A DNA stretch of 64,000 nucleotides from a virus: the IMG/VR virus record IMGVR_UViG_3300046468_001139. One strand, 5' to 3'. Numbering within the stretch: the first letter of the stretch is position 1; the number at the start of each line of letters is the position of its first letter. The notes under the pieces were generated by a model that saw only the letters and a program-made list of their open reading frames with translations, was not told where the DNA came from and ran no database searches. The position numbers and the translations under genes are program-made. Of this stretch, positions 52,269 through 60,845 are shown one piece after another.

Positions 52269-52840
52269 TATACTACGTTGAAAGCAATAGTGGAACGTAT
52301 AACGTTTTTACCACTAGGCTCTACTTGGTGTTTTAAGTAAGAAGGAAACAATAATAGTTTACCTTTCATAGGTTGGAATTCGTACTTACCATATCCATAC
52401 TGCGAATATTCATTGTGTGCATACTCAACATAAGGATTAGGATTTCTAAAAGATAATCCACCAGCGTTTTCATTTGCTCTTACCCAATACACTCCAGATA
52501 TTTTATTCATACCGTGTTCGTGTTCTTTGTGTATATCGCCTTCTTGGTAATCTTGTGTCCACCATACGTATTGATTAGTATGAGGTAAATGTTTAATGCT
52601 ACATGCTTCTTGGAATTTATTAACACATTCTTGTATTTCACTAAACAATTCCGGAACATCAGTATACAAGTCTATTACTTTTTTAGGTTCAAAGTAATCT
52701 GTGCTATGTGGTGCATCGTCAGTAGGTCTAGGTATTCTATCTAATCTTGATACTAAAAGGTTTTCAACATCGTCAGCAATTCGCTCTGGAACAAAATGTT
52801 CTAGCATAGGAACTGGAAAGATATTTTTAAAGGCCGACAT
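52265..52840 (-). CDS. putative 2OG-Fe(II) oxygenase (TIGR02466-like)
   Basis: H.H, ISGVYW, G.L.F.NP, GKLLLFPSYL.H.V, R..IAFN. Confidence 0.8.
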   Translation of the reverse strand: MSAFKNIFPVPMLEHFVPERIADDVENLLVSRLDRIPRPTDDAPHSTDYFEPKKVIDLYTDVPELFSEIQECVNKFQEACSIKHLPHTNQYVWWTQDYQEGDIHKEHEHGMNKISGVYWVRANENAGGLSFRNPNPYVEYAHNEYSQYGYGKYEFQPMKGKLLLFPSYLKHQVEPSGKNVIRSTIAFNVVY

Positions 52841-53414
52841 AGTAATTAAGTTTATTTCCTATTTCTTGTAAAACAGTTTCTCTAGGTTGTATGTTAAACG
52901 CAATAGTAATACGAGGTTCATCTTGTTCCCAATCACTAGTCATGTGTTCAACTCCTTTGCTATTAGTAATAACTAACTGCCCATTTTTATTTTCAACACT
53001 AGTAATTTCTTCTTCGCCTATGTTACGATATAATGTTTGTGATGGTTCACTTTGAACACCTATGTATCCGTGGAAACAATTATCATCATCTCCATATTCG
53101 TGTCCATGCCATTCTAATGTACGACCCTTGTTAGGCCAATAATTTAACCAACCAACAATCCAATATTCTAAACTAGTATCATGTTCTATGTTTTTAAATT
53201 CTTCTCTAATTGAACGTTGGAGTTCAAACATACCTGGCATAATACTAGTAAACAAATTATAGTATTGGCTTACTGCCGTAGGTATTGAAGTATGTTGAGT
53301 TTCTATTTTATCGTTAGGAATTGCAATTTCGTTTATAATTTGTTGATAAACAAAACTGCAATTATGTTTTAATTTGCGTAAGTCTAAGTCTAAGTTAGCT
53401 TTGTGGATTTGCAT
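52827..53414 (-). CDS. putative 2OG-Fe(II) oxygenase-like protein (start revised to MQIHKA)
   Basis: WLN, WHGH, FHGY, H.TSDW, RITIAFN. Confidence 0.65.
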   Translation of the reverse strand: MQIHKANLDLDLRKLKHNCSFVYQQIINEIAIPNDKIETQHTSIPTAVSQYYNLFTSIMPGMFELQRSIREEFKNIEHDTSLEYWIVGWLNYWPNKGRTLEWHGHEYGDDDNCFHGYIGVQSEPSQTLYRNIGEEEITSVENKNGQLVITNSKGVEHMTSDWEQDEPRITIAFNIQPRETVLQEIGNKLNYYVGL

Positions 53415-53808
53415 CTGGTGTGGCCTCTGGTTGTACCACAACACCTTGACTGTCACCTGGAATAATTCTATAATTATCTTCAATAGAATCAGGTGTACTT
53501 ACTTCAGTAATACTACTACCTACTTCAAGTGCTTCTAACTGGTGTGGCATTAATGGTGGATTTCTCCATGTATCGCCTGGTCCTAAAGTCTTCTCCATTA
53601 CTGTAGCTGTTTGCGTATCAATGTAACGAAGTTTAAATGATCCGCTATTTACAAACCATGATTCATCTTTTTCTTTATGAAAGTGCATACTAAATTTTGC
53701 ACCAAGTTTTTCAAAAACCATAATTTTTCCACAATACAAATCATTGGTTGCCCAAATTAATTCGTATCCCCAACCTTTGTCTACTTTACCACTATGTCTT
53801 GCTGGCAT
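53395..53808 (-). CDS. cupin-fold sugar isomerase-like protein
   Basis: KGWGYE, YCGK, SMHFH..KDESW, PH.L, EVST. Confidence 0.75.
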   Translation of the reverse strand: MPARHSGKVDKGWGYELIWATNDLYCGKIMVFEKLGAKFSMHFHKEKDESWFVNSGSFKLRYIDTQTATVMEKTLGPGDTWRNPPLMPHQLEALEVGSSITEVSTPDSIEDNYRIIPGDSQGVVVQPEATPDANPQS

Positions 53809-54610
53809 TTATATACTCCTCGATTGTTCTAAAATTATGAACGCCTATACTATTAATTAACTTTTTATTGTGAGAACAGGTGTAATACTGGTACTGTCCT
53901 TTAAGCTCTTCTGGCATAGGTATTTCTTCAATTTTAGCATTATACTTTTTGGCATACAGTTCAGCAATTTCCATAAATGAACGAGGTGTACCTGTACCAA
54001 CATTCCATATATCTGTATTATCAACATCAATAAATTTTTCGATAATTTCACATACATCGCCAACATGGATAAAATCTCTATCTATTTTATCACTACCTTC
54101 AAATACTTTTATAACACCTGTTTCTTTAGCTTGTTTTTCAAACTTGTGAAACACACTCATTTGATCGCCTTTGTGTTCTTCACCTGGTCCATATACATTA
54201 AAGAATCTAAATCCTTGTACGTTAACCATAAACTCTGGTACTTGCATTACAAATCTATCAAACAAATACTTACTCCATGCATATCCACTTTGTGGTTGTA
54301 GTTTAGCATTTTCTTCAAACTTGTCGCCATATACACTAGCACTACTAGCATACATTAATGTAGTTCCTTTTTGATCGCATAGCTGTAATAGACGCATTGA
54401 GAACTCGTAATTTTGTTCCATGATCTTTTCAACGTCACGTTCAGTAGTACTACTAATAGCACCTAAATGAATTACTCTATCGTATGGTTCAGGATCTGGT
54501 ATAATGTTTGGCTTCCATTCAAAGCCTTCAACATTGTGTCCTTTAGATTGTAAGTATGCTCCAAGGTTTTTACCAATAAATCCTTCATGTCCTGTAATTA
54601 AAATATTCAT
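53792..54610 (-). CDS. hldD: ADP-L-glycero-D-manno-heptose-6-epimerase
   Basis: G..GFIG, HLGAISSTTE, YASSASVYG, YAWSK, RFFNVYGP.E.HKG, GQYQ.YT. Confidence 0.88.
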   Translation of the reverse strand: MNILITGHEGFIGKNLGAYLQSKGHNVEGFEWKPNIIPDPEPYDRVIHLGAISSTTERDVEKIMEQNYEFSMRLLQLCDQKGTTLMYASSASVYGDKFEENAKLQPQSGYAWSKYLFDRFVMQVPEFMVNVQGFRFFNVYGPGEEHKGDQMSVFHKFEKQAKETGVIKVFEGSDKIDRDFIHVGDVCEIIEKFIDVDNTDIWNVGTGTPRSFMEIAELYAKKYNAKIEEIPMPEELKGQYQYYTCSHNKKLINSIGVHNFRTIEEYINASKT

Positions 54611-55752
54611 TTTCTAATCTCGTCTATAATTTTCGTTGTACTTGCACCTTCAATAATTGGAAAGATAACAACTTCTGCTAGTTCATTTCCTACTACTGTA
54701 TCAACTGTATAATCTCCGCCTTTAACAATTATGTCAGGCATGATATTAACCAAAGTTTCTATTGGTGTATCTTCATCAAATATAATTACCTCATCAATGA
54801 ATCCCAATTCTAACAAAGCGGCTTTGCGTGTTTGCTCATCGTTAATGGGTCTAGTTTCACCTTTTAAACGCTTTACACTTGCATCGCTATTAATGCCCAC
54901 CACTAGGCGTTTACCAAGCGTGTGTGCGTGTCTAAGTAGCTTTAAATGGCCTATATGTAGTATATCAAACACTCCGTTAGTCCATACAATAGTATCATTA
55001 ATATCATCAATTGTTATGATATGTGTGCCTACATGTTTAACTGCTTCAGTAGCACCTTTGACAGCCAATTCTAAACAGCGTTTATGTGTGTAACCTTTTG
55101 TTAGTGCATATACAAACGTAGCAAGGAAACAATCACCTGCACCTGTAACATCTGATACTTCAACTTGTTCAACAGGAATTGTATATTCAATGTTGTCTAT
55201 TGTAGCAATAACATTACGTCCTGCATCAGTGGTAATAATATTACCTTTCCATTCGTCAAATTCAAACTTAGTATATTCGCTGTTATTTGGTTTAACTAAC
55301 CATGCACCTTCATAGTCATGTGCATAACGCTTTGGATCAACAATTACTTTAGGACCTTGACTGTTAATATGTGCAATAATTTGTTTTGCATTATCTAGTA
55401 CACCTTTGTCGTAATCGCTTAATATTACATAATCATATTCTGAAAAATCACTACATAATACTTCATCTAATACTACACCTGAATTTGCATTTTGATCTTC
55501 GTCTAACCTTGTAATATAATGTCCGTCACAAATTACTCTAGTTTTAACACTTCTAGGTTGATTAGTTTCAAATAGTTCTATGTCAACACCTAGACTTTTT
55601 AAGTTTTCATAAACAAGTCCTGCACCACCTAAAGATGTTGAAACATTTTCAAGATTAACTATAGGTACAGGTGCTTCAGGACTAATCCTTGTACTAGTAC
55701 CATAGATATATTTGTCGATGATTACATCACCAATTACTAATACTTTACTCAT
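54607..55752 (-). CDS. hldE: bifunctional heptose-7-phosphate kinase / heptose-1-phosphate adenylyltransferase
   Basis: RISPEAPVP, SDY.KG, DVTGAGD (PfkB); TNGVFDILH.GH, NSD.SV.RLKG..RP, KGGDY. Confidence 0.92.
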   Translation of the reverse strand: MSKVLVIGDVIIDKYIYGTSTRISPEAPVPIVNLENVSTSLGGAGLVYENLKSLGVDIELFETNQPRSVKTRVICDGHYITRLDEDQNANSGVVLDEVLCSDFSEYDYVILSDYDKGVLDNAKQIIAHINSQGPKVIVDPKRYAHDYEGAWLVKPNNSEYTKFEFDEWKGNIITTDAGRNVIATIDNIEYTIPVEQVEVSDVTGAGDCFLATFVYALTKGYTHKRCLELAVKGATEAVKHVGTHIITIDDINDTIVWTNGVFDILHIGHLKLLRHAHTLGKRLVVGINSDASVKRLKGETRPINDEQTRKAALLELGFIDEVIIFDEDTPIETLVNIMPDIIVKGGDYTVDTVVGNELAEVVIFPIIEGASTTKIIDEIRK

Positions 55753-56199
55753 TTAGATATCCGACTCTTGTAATAACGAAACTAGTTGAAATACTGTTTG
55801 TAGTTTAGTTAAGTTTTGTTTATTTTGTAATGTGTTGCGTAATCCCATGTGCAATGGCTTTGGCCAATTTTGAAAACTAACCCAAGCATATCCGTTATGC
55901 TCGTCATTTAGTAAAGGTAAAAATTCATCTTTTACAACACACAAATAAGTATGAAATTGAAACTTATCATCATTACTTACAAATGTTTCTAATGGGATTG
56001 ATTTAATAATTTTTGGAACGCTACCAAGTTCTTCTTTAACTTCACGTAGCAGAGCTTTGTAAGGGATTTCTGTATCTTCGTTAGTTCCCCCAACAAGACC
56101 CCAAACATTATTTTGTTTTGATTGTGTACGGTGTAAGAATAAGAAACGTTGTGTTGTCAACGAATAGAATAGAGCACCACTACAAATAATTTGTTCCAT
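55753..56199 (-). CDS. NUDIX hydrolase
   Basis: GG..E......L.RE..EE.G Nudix box; LNDEH.GYAW. Confidence 0.85.
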   Translation of the reverse strand: MEQIICSGALFYSLTTQRFLFLHRTQSKQNNVWGLVGGTNEDTEIPYKALLREVKEELGSVPKIIKSIPLETFVSNDDKFQFHTYLCVVKDEFLPLLNDEHNGYAWVSFQNWPKPLHMGLRNTLQNKQNLTKLQTVFQLVSLLQESDI

Positions 56200-56211
56200 A
56201 CAAGTACTTAT

Positions 56212-57630
56212 TTAGAGTACTAAACGCCAGCTTCCTTTTCGATACTCGCCTTCAAAGGATAGTGTCCATTCTACACCGTCCCATTTGTATTGTATACCAG
56301 TAGTTAAATTGGTTGTATATGTTATGTCAGTTGATGGCTCTGTTTTGGTACTTGAATCAAATACTATTTGCCATTCTGTTCCAGACCATTCAATAATATC
56401 GTTTTCACTAGCAACTAGTGTGTCATTACCGCCACTATCTTTCCAAGCATCGGCGCCATCTGTGTTATCTGTAGAACCAATATCTCCTAGTAATAATATT
56501 CTGTTACCAGGTACTTTTAAGTTAGTTGGATTAGTTCTAGTTGGATCAATAATTGCATCAATAGTTCCTTTTTGTGGACTATTTGGTAATCCTAATACTG
56601 TATTAGTTGGAATAGTATCTTCGTCCCAATTAACAATAAGTTGTGTTTCGTCTAAATCATTTAGTGCAATAGTACCTACAACTGGAGCGGCTAAATCGAT
56701 TCTGTTTAGATAAATTTTACTTAATCCTGCTCTATATTCACCAGGTTCTACTTCAAGGTATTCACGCCAATTAATTTCACCTGATATACCATTCTTACCA
56801 AGTTGTACAATATTGTTAGTAACAATAGCATCGTAGTTTAATGCTGTGTTCACTTGTATGTGTATTCTTTCTGAACTGTCTTTGTTTTTAGTACTGTTTG
56901 CCCAACTGTCATCATAAGCATTAAGCTCTGGCATTGATTTTCCTAAATCAATAGTACCTTTAGTTTCATCAAAGATACTCATTATAACACTTGTTATGAC
57001 ACCTAGCTTTTTAACTTTAGCTGGAGGACTAATATAAATTGGTGTTGAAAACGATAGTGTTGCTACATCTATTTCAGTATCAATTCCCATAGGAATAGTT
57101 CTTCCACTAAAAACAATATTTTCTAAATCAACAACACTTAAACTTGTCCAGTCTACATAGTTGTCTGTAGTTTGTATTTCTAAACTAGGATTAAAGAACA
57201 TTAATAGCTGTTCCATAATTTGTAGTTTTTGTTCTGTGTTAGTAGACCAAATATCTGCATTAACTTTTAGTGTATATGGTGTAGGCATTAAACGTTCAAC
57301 AGTATAATTGTTACCCTGTGTGTTTAAATATTCTTTACCTTCTGCATCATATTCACGTTCTCTAAGATGTACTTTGCCGGTGTATGTAGCATCAGCAGTT
57401 CTAGTACGATCCATTTCTAATCCAGTAACATATACTCCTATACGTGGAGCACTTGGTATTTTATTTTCGCTATTGTCTTTTATAATGGCGCCAACTTGTC
57501 TTGTAATATCTCCGTACATAACAGGAACTTGAACAAGATTACCTTTGCTATCAGCATACGAAAAGTTACTCATTAGTCTTACTAGCTGAGTAATGTATCT
57601 TCTTATTTGTCCATCATAAAAGTGTTGCAT
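56212..57630 (-). CDS. gp15: tail sheath stabiliser / tail completion protein, extended
   Basis: FYD.QIRRY, VPV.YG, P.PY.L, QKLQI.EQ....FNP. Confidence 0.8.
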   Translation of the reverse strand: MQHFYDGQIRRYITQLVRLMSNFSYADSKGNLVQVPVMYGDITRQVGAIIKDNSENKIPSAPRIGVYVTGLEMDRTRTADATYTGKVHLREREYDAEGKEYLNTQGNNYTVERLMPTPYTLKVNADIWSTNTEQKLQIMEQLLMFFNPSLEIQTTDNYVDWTSLSVVDLENIVFSGRTIPMGIDTEIDVATLSFSTPIYISPPAKVKKLGVITSVIMSIFDETKGTIDLGKSMPELNAYDDSWANSTKNKDSSERIHIQVNTALNYDAIVTNNIVQLGKNGISGEINWREYLEVEPGEYRAGLSKIYLNRIDLAAPVVGTIALNDLDETQLIVNWDEDTIPTNTVLGLPNSPQKGTIDAIIDPTRTNPTNLKVPGNRILLLGDIGSTDNTDGADAWKDSGGNDTLVASENDIIEWSGTEWQIVFDSSTKTEPSTDITYTTNLTTGIQYKWDGVEWTLSFEGEYRKGSWRLVL

Positions 57631-57632
57631 TG

Positions 57633-57818
57633 TTATCCCTTACACTTTGGGCAGTTACAATCTCTAATTAGGAAATGCACAACTGCCATAGTAAACCACA
57701 TCCATGACATTTCACCTATACCAAATAAGCTAGGTCCGTGGTTCATATGTCCCATGTCGTTATTTAAAAAATATACGCCTAAAATTAAAAATAGTATTCC
57801 TGCAATTTTATGTCTCAT
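57633..57818 (-). CDS. small membrane protein with C-terminal CxCxxC
   Basis: Two hydrophobic segments; overlaps the gp14 stop (TAATG). Confidence 0.55.
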   Translation of the reverse strand: MRHKIAGILFLILGVYFLNNDMGHMNHGPSLFGIGEMSWMWFTMAVVHFLIRDCNCPKCKG

Positions 57819-58975
57819 TAATTATCCGCCTTCGGTTTTAAAATTTTACTCAACGGTTGTCTTTCTGTTACAGTTTCGTCACCAATAACATTCTGTGATG
57901 CGTTGTTAACAAATGTACCTTTTTGTGTTGCTTTAGTATCTGTATTTGTCATTGTCATACGTACTGAATCTTCTTGTTTGACCCAACGGCTACCGTCTTG
58001 TCTAAATAATCTATTAGGCATAAAGTCTGTCCTTAACCAATAGTCTCCTTCGACTGAGTTAGTTGGGAAACTAGGACCATGTCCAAACGCTTCTCCATTA
58101 GGTGGTACACCATCGCCAACCAAATAACCATTGTACTCAGAGCGTGTTGGTGTTTCTGAAATTCTATCAACTAATAGTTCTTGTGAACTTGCATCAATAT
58201 CTGATATGTCTGTAGTTTTTAATGCTACGTTACCATTGTCATCTTTAGCAATAGTATATAAGTTTGTAGTATCATAACCTGACTTAGGTGCATCAGCTTC
58301 TGCTTGAGCAAGTACAGCATTATTAATCTGCATTTCTTTTTCGTATGTACTAAGAACATCACGTAGTGTATTTGTACTTCCTTCTTCTGAAGGTAAATCA
58401 AGTATTTCTTTAAACTCTTGTGAGTCAACAATTTGTTTTAATTTAATTCTGTATAAATGCGGATACCAAGTTTGTGTAAATCCTTCAGCGGCTCTGTTTA
58501 CATCTTCTACAACATAAAAACGTTTTAGTGCTACACTATAATCATTAAGTGCATGTTCGTCTTTTAAGTGTGGAAGTTCAATAACATCTCCTGGCATAAT
58601 TTTACGCCCTAGTGTTCTAACACTATAATTAATAGGAATTGTCATAAACAATGTATCGTTTTGTAAGAACAATCCGAATTGACTCATATCAAAGTCAATA
58701 TCTTGTATATTATAAATGCCACGCATTTTATAAATGTCTGGATCATACTTACGATCTCTGTTTTCTAAGAACAACATGTCTTGTATGTTGGTTTCTTTAA
58801 CAGCATCATAACGAGGTTGTGCAGGCGTAGCGTCTGCTTCGTCTGGATTTGCGGGGCCTAGATACTTGTGTACAAAGACATCTGTACCACCTACTGTAAA
58901 CATTTCGGTAATAGTTTTGTCTAAGAAATCGTAATCATTGCCCTTTTCGGGTTTGTATAAACTGAGTCTTGGCAT
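57818..58975 (-). CDS. gp14: neck / head completion protein (start revised to MPRLSLYKPE)
   Basis: D.LFLENRDR.Y, MSQFGLF, GDVIELPH; late promoter 8 nt upstream. Confidence 0.75.
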   Translation of the reverse strand: MPRLSLYKPEKGNDYDFLDKTITEMFTVGGTDVFVHKYLGPANPDEADATPAQPRYDAVKETNIQDMLFLENRDRKYDPDIYKMRGIYNIQDIDFDMSQFGLFLQNDTLFMTIPINYSVRTLGRKIMPGDVIELPHLKDEHALNDYSVALKRFYVVEDVNRAAEGFTQTWYPHLYRIKLKQIVDSQEFKEILDLPSEEGSTNTLRDVLSTYEKEMQINNAVLAQAEADAPKSGYDTTNLYTIAKDDNGNVALKTTDISDIDASSQELLVDRISETPTRSEYNGYLVGDGVPPNGEAFGHGPSFPTNSVEGDYWLRTDFMPNRLFRQDGSRWVKQEDSVRMTMTNTDTKATQKGTFVNNASQNVIGDETVTERQPLSKILKPKADN

Positions 58976-58983
58976 AGTATAAG

Positions 58984-59004
58984 TATTTATCGTTAGCATA
59001 AATA
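58984..59004. promoter_or_regulatory. back-to-back late promoters for gp14 (-) and gp13 (+)
   Basis: TATTTATC 58984-58991; CATAAATA 58997-59004. Confidence 0.65.
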
Positions 59005-59021
59005 CTAGTGGAGAACAAGAA

Positions 59022-59777
59022 ATGGCATTAAGCACACAAAAACAAGATGTATTCGATTATGTAAACGCTATGTTAGGCGGAGGCATGATTGATGTTGAAC
59101 TTGACCCTATTCATTATGAAACTGCACTAGAAAAAGCCCTTGGCAAATTTAGACAGCGTTCAGATAATTCAGTCGAAGAGTCATATCTTTTTATGCCTAC
59201 GATAATTGATCAAAATGAATATACGTTACCGCAAGAAGTAACTGAGGTTAGGAAATTATTTAGACGCTCAATTGGATCACGTTCAGGTGGCGGTGATGGC
59301 GGTACTTTATTTGAACCATTCAACATGGCATACACAAATACGTACTTGTTATCAAGTTCTAACATGGGCGGACTAGCAACATATGATATGTTTAGTCAGT
59401 ACCAAGAACTTGTAGGACGTATGTTTGGTTCTTTTATCGAATTCAATTGGAATACTACAACTAAAAAATTAACACTTTTACAACGTCCAAGAGCAGAAGA
59501 AACATTACTTCTTTATGTGTATAATCACAGACCAGATAGTGAATTGCTTAATGATTATCTTGGTAAGCAATGGATTAAAGATTATACCCTTGCTAGTTGT
59601 AAGTATATGCTAGGCGAAGCACGTTCAAAGTTCGCAACCATTGCAGGACCACAAGGTGGTTCAACGCTTAACGGTGATGCACTCAAAGCAGAAGCACAAG
59701 CTGAAATGGAAAAGCTAGAAGAAGAACTAAAAACACAAGTAGCAGGCGGCGTAGGCTACGGATTCACAATCGGCTAA
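59022..59777 (+). CDS. gp13: neck protein
   Basis: LG...IDVEL, WIKDY.LA..K..LG..RSKF....GP.GG..LNG. Confidence 0.85.
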   Translation: MALSTQKQDVFDYVNAMLGGGMIDVELDPIHYETALEKALGKFRQRSDNSVEESYLFMPTIIDQNEYTLPQEVTEVRKLFRRSIGSRSGGGDGGTLFEPFNMAYTNTYLLSSSNMGGLATYDMFSQYQELVGRMFGSFIEFNWNTTTKKLTLLQRPRAEETLLLYVYNHRPDSELLNDYLGKQWIKDYTLASCKYMLGEARSKFATIAGPQGGSTLNGDALKAEAQAEMEKLEEELKTQVAGGVGYGFTIG

Positions 59778-59784
59778 TAAACAC

Positions 59785-59813
59785 TTGACTTCCTGATAAA
59801 TCTATTGTATAAT
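59785..59813 (+). promoter_or_regulatory. sigma70 promoter
   Basis: TTGACT-17 bp-TATAAT. Confidence 0.8.
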
Positions 59814-59840
59814 AGTTTTTATTTTATGAGGAGTCAGACT

Positions 59841-60434
59841 TTGATTATTGGTGTATGTGGATTAATTGGTAGCGGTAAAGATACTATTGCTGATTATTTG
59901 ATTAGCAATCACAACTTTCAAAAAATATCATTTGCAGATAAACTTAAAGATAGCGTAGGCGTTATGTTTGGGTGGAGCAGAGATATGCTTGATGGTAAAA
60001 CAACAGAATCTAGAGAATGGCGTGAAAAAGTAGACGAGTTTTGGACAAAAGAAACTGGACGTACAATTACACCTAGATTAGTATTACAAGAATTTGGTAC
60101 AGAATGTATGCGTAACGGATTCTATGATGGTATTTGGGTATCCTTAGTAAAACAGAAAATTATTGACAATCCAGACATTAATTGGGTACTTCCTGATACA
60201 CGTTTTCCTAACGAAGCAAAAATGCTACACGAAGTAGGTGGACATGTATGGCGTGTAAAGCGTGGCGAAGATCCTAAGTGGTTTACAGAGTATGTTGAGT
60301 TTGATACAGAGCCTACTGATATACATCCTAGTGAATGGGCTTGGGCTCATACTAAATTTTCACAAACATTAGAAAACAACGGTACTATTGATGAACTTAG
60401 AAGTCAGGTAGCAAATCACCTTGCTTCCATTTAA
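59841..60434 (+). CDS. gp1: deoxynucleoside monophosphate kinase (TTG start after GAGGAG)
   Basis: G.IGSGKDT P-loop, FAD.LK, TPR.VLQ..GTE, D.RF.NE, H.SE. Confidence 0.9.
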   Translation: MIIGVCGLIGSGKDTIADYLISNHNFQKISFADKLKDSVGVMFGWSRDMLDGKTTESREWREKVDEFWTKETGRTITPRLVLQEFGTECMRNGFYDGIWVSLVKQKIIDNPDINWVLPDTRFPNEAKMLHEVGGHVWRVKRGEDPKWFTEYVEFDTEPTDIHPSEWAWAHTKFSQTLENNGTIDELRSQVANHLASI

Positions 60435-60735
60435 ATCCTTCTTTGTACATAATTTTACTACAATTGGCACATATTGTTTTTAAGTTGCTAAATCTTACGT
60501 TGTTAAGATCACCGTCAATATAATATACTGAAAACTGTTCCTTGTGTTTGCTTTTAAAGCCACACTTGTCGCAAACTTGTTTCTTTTCATATCCAGACTG
60601 TTTCCATTTAGGACTACCATGTATAGGCTTACCGTGCCTGGCACATGACTCACACTTGCTTCTATAAAAAGGTTTTCCTTTTTTGTAATAGTTAATTGCT
60701 ACTGGTTTAACGCCACATTTGCATAAAGGTCTCAT
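60397..60735 (-). CDS. Zn-finger / degenerate HNH-like protein (start revised to MRPLCKCG)
   Basis: CxC, CxxC, CxxCGF, YYIDGDLNN...NLKTICANC. Confidence 0.65.
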   Translation of the reverse strand: MRPLCKCGVKPVAINYYKKGKPFYRSKCESCARHGKPIHGSPKWKQSGYEKKQVCDKCGFKSKHKEQFSVYYIDGDLNNVRFSNLKTICANCSKIMYKEGFKWKQGDLLPDF

Positions 60736-60803
60736 ATATGTATTTACCTGCCCTTTTTGATCCCTTTTTCGGGGTAGATAAAGAGGCCTTTTATGCAAAT
60801 TGG

Positions 60804-60811
60804 TATAAATA
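60804..60811 (+). promoter_or_regulatory. late promoter TATAAATA
   Basis: Exact consensus upstream of the tail sheath RBS. Confidence 0.75.
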
Positions 60812-60845
60812 ATAGTAACATGCTATATCAACAGGAGAAAATAAA

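Noticed and set aside
53792-55752. Bacterial LPS locus or host contamination
   Set aside because: Genes are overlapped and coupled with phage neck genes and share the window's codon style
52827-60798. ORF-track start codons at 53483, 59035, 59805 and 60798
   Set aside because: They overlap neighbouring genes or promoters; internal starts at 53414, 58975, 59841 and 60735 fit motifs, RBS or promoters better
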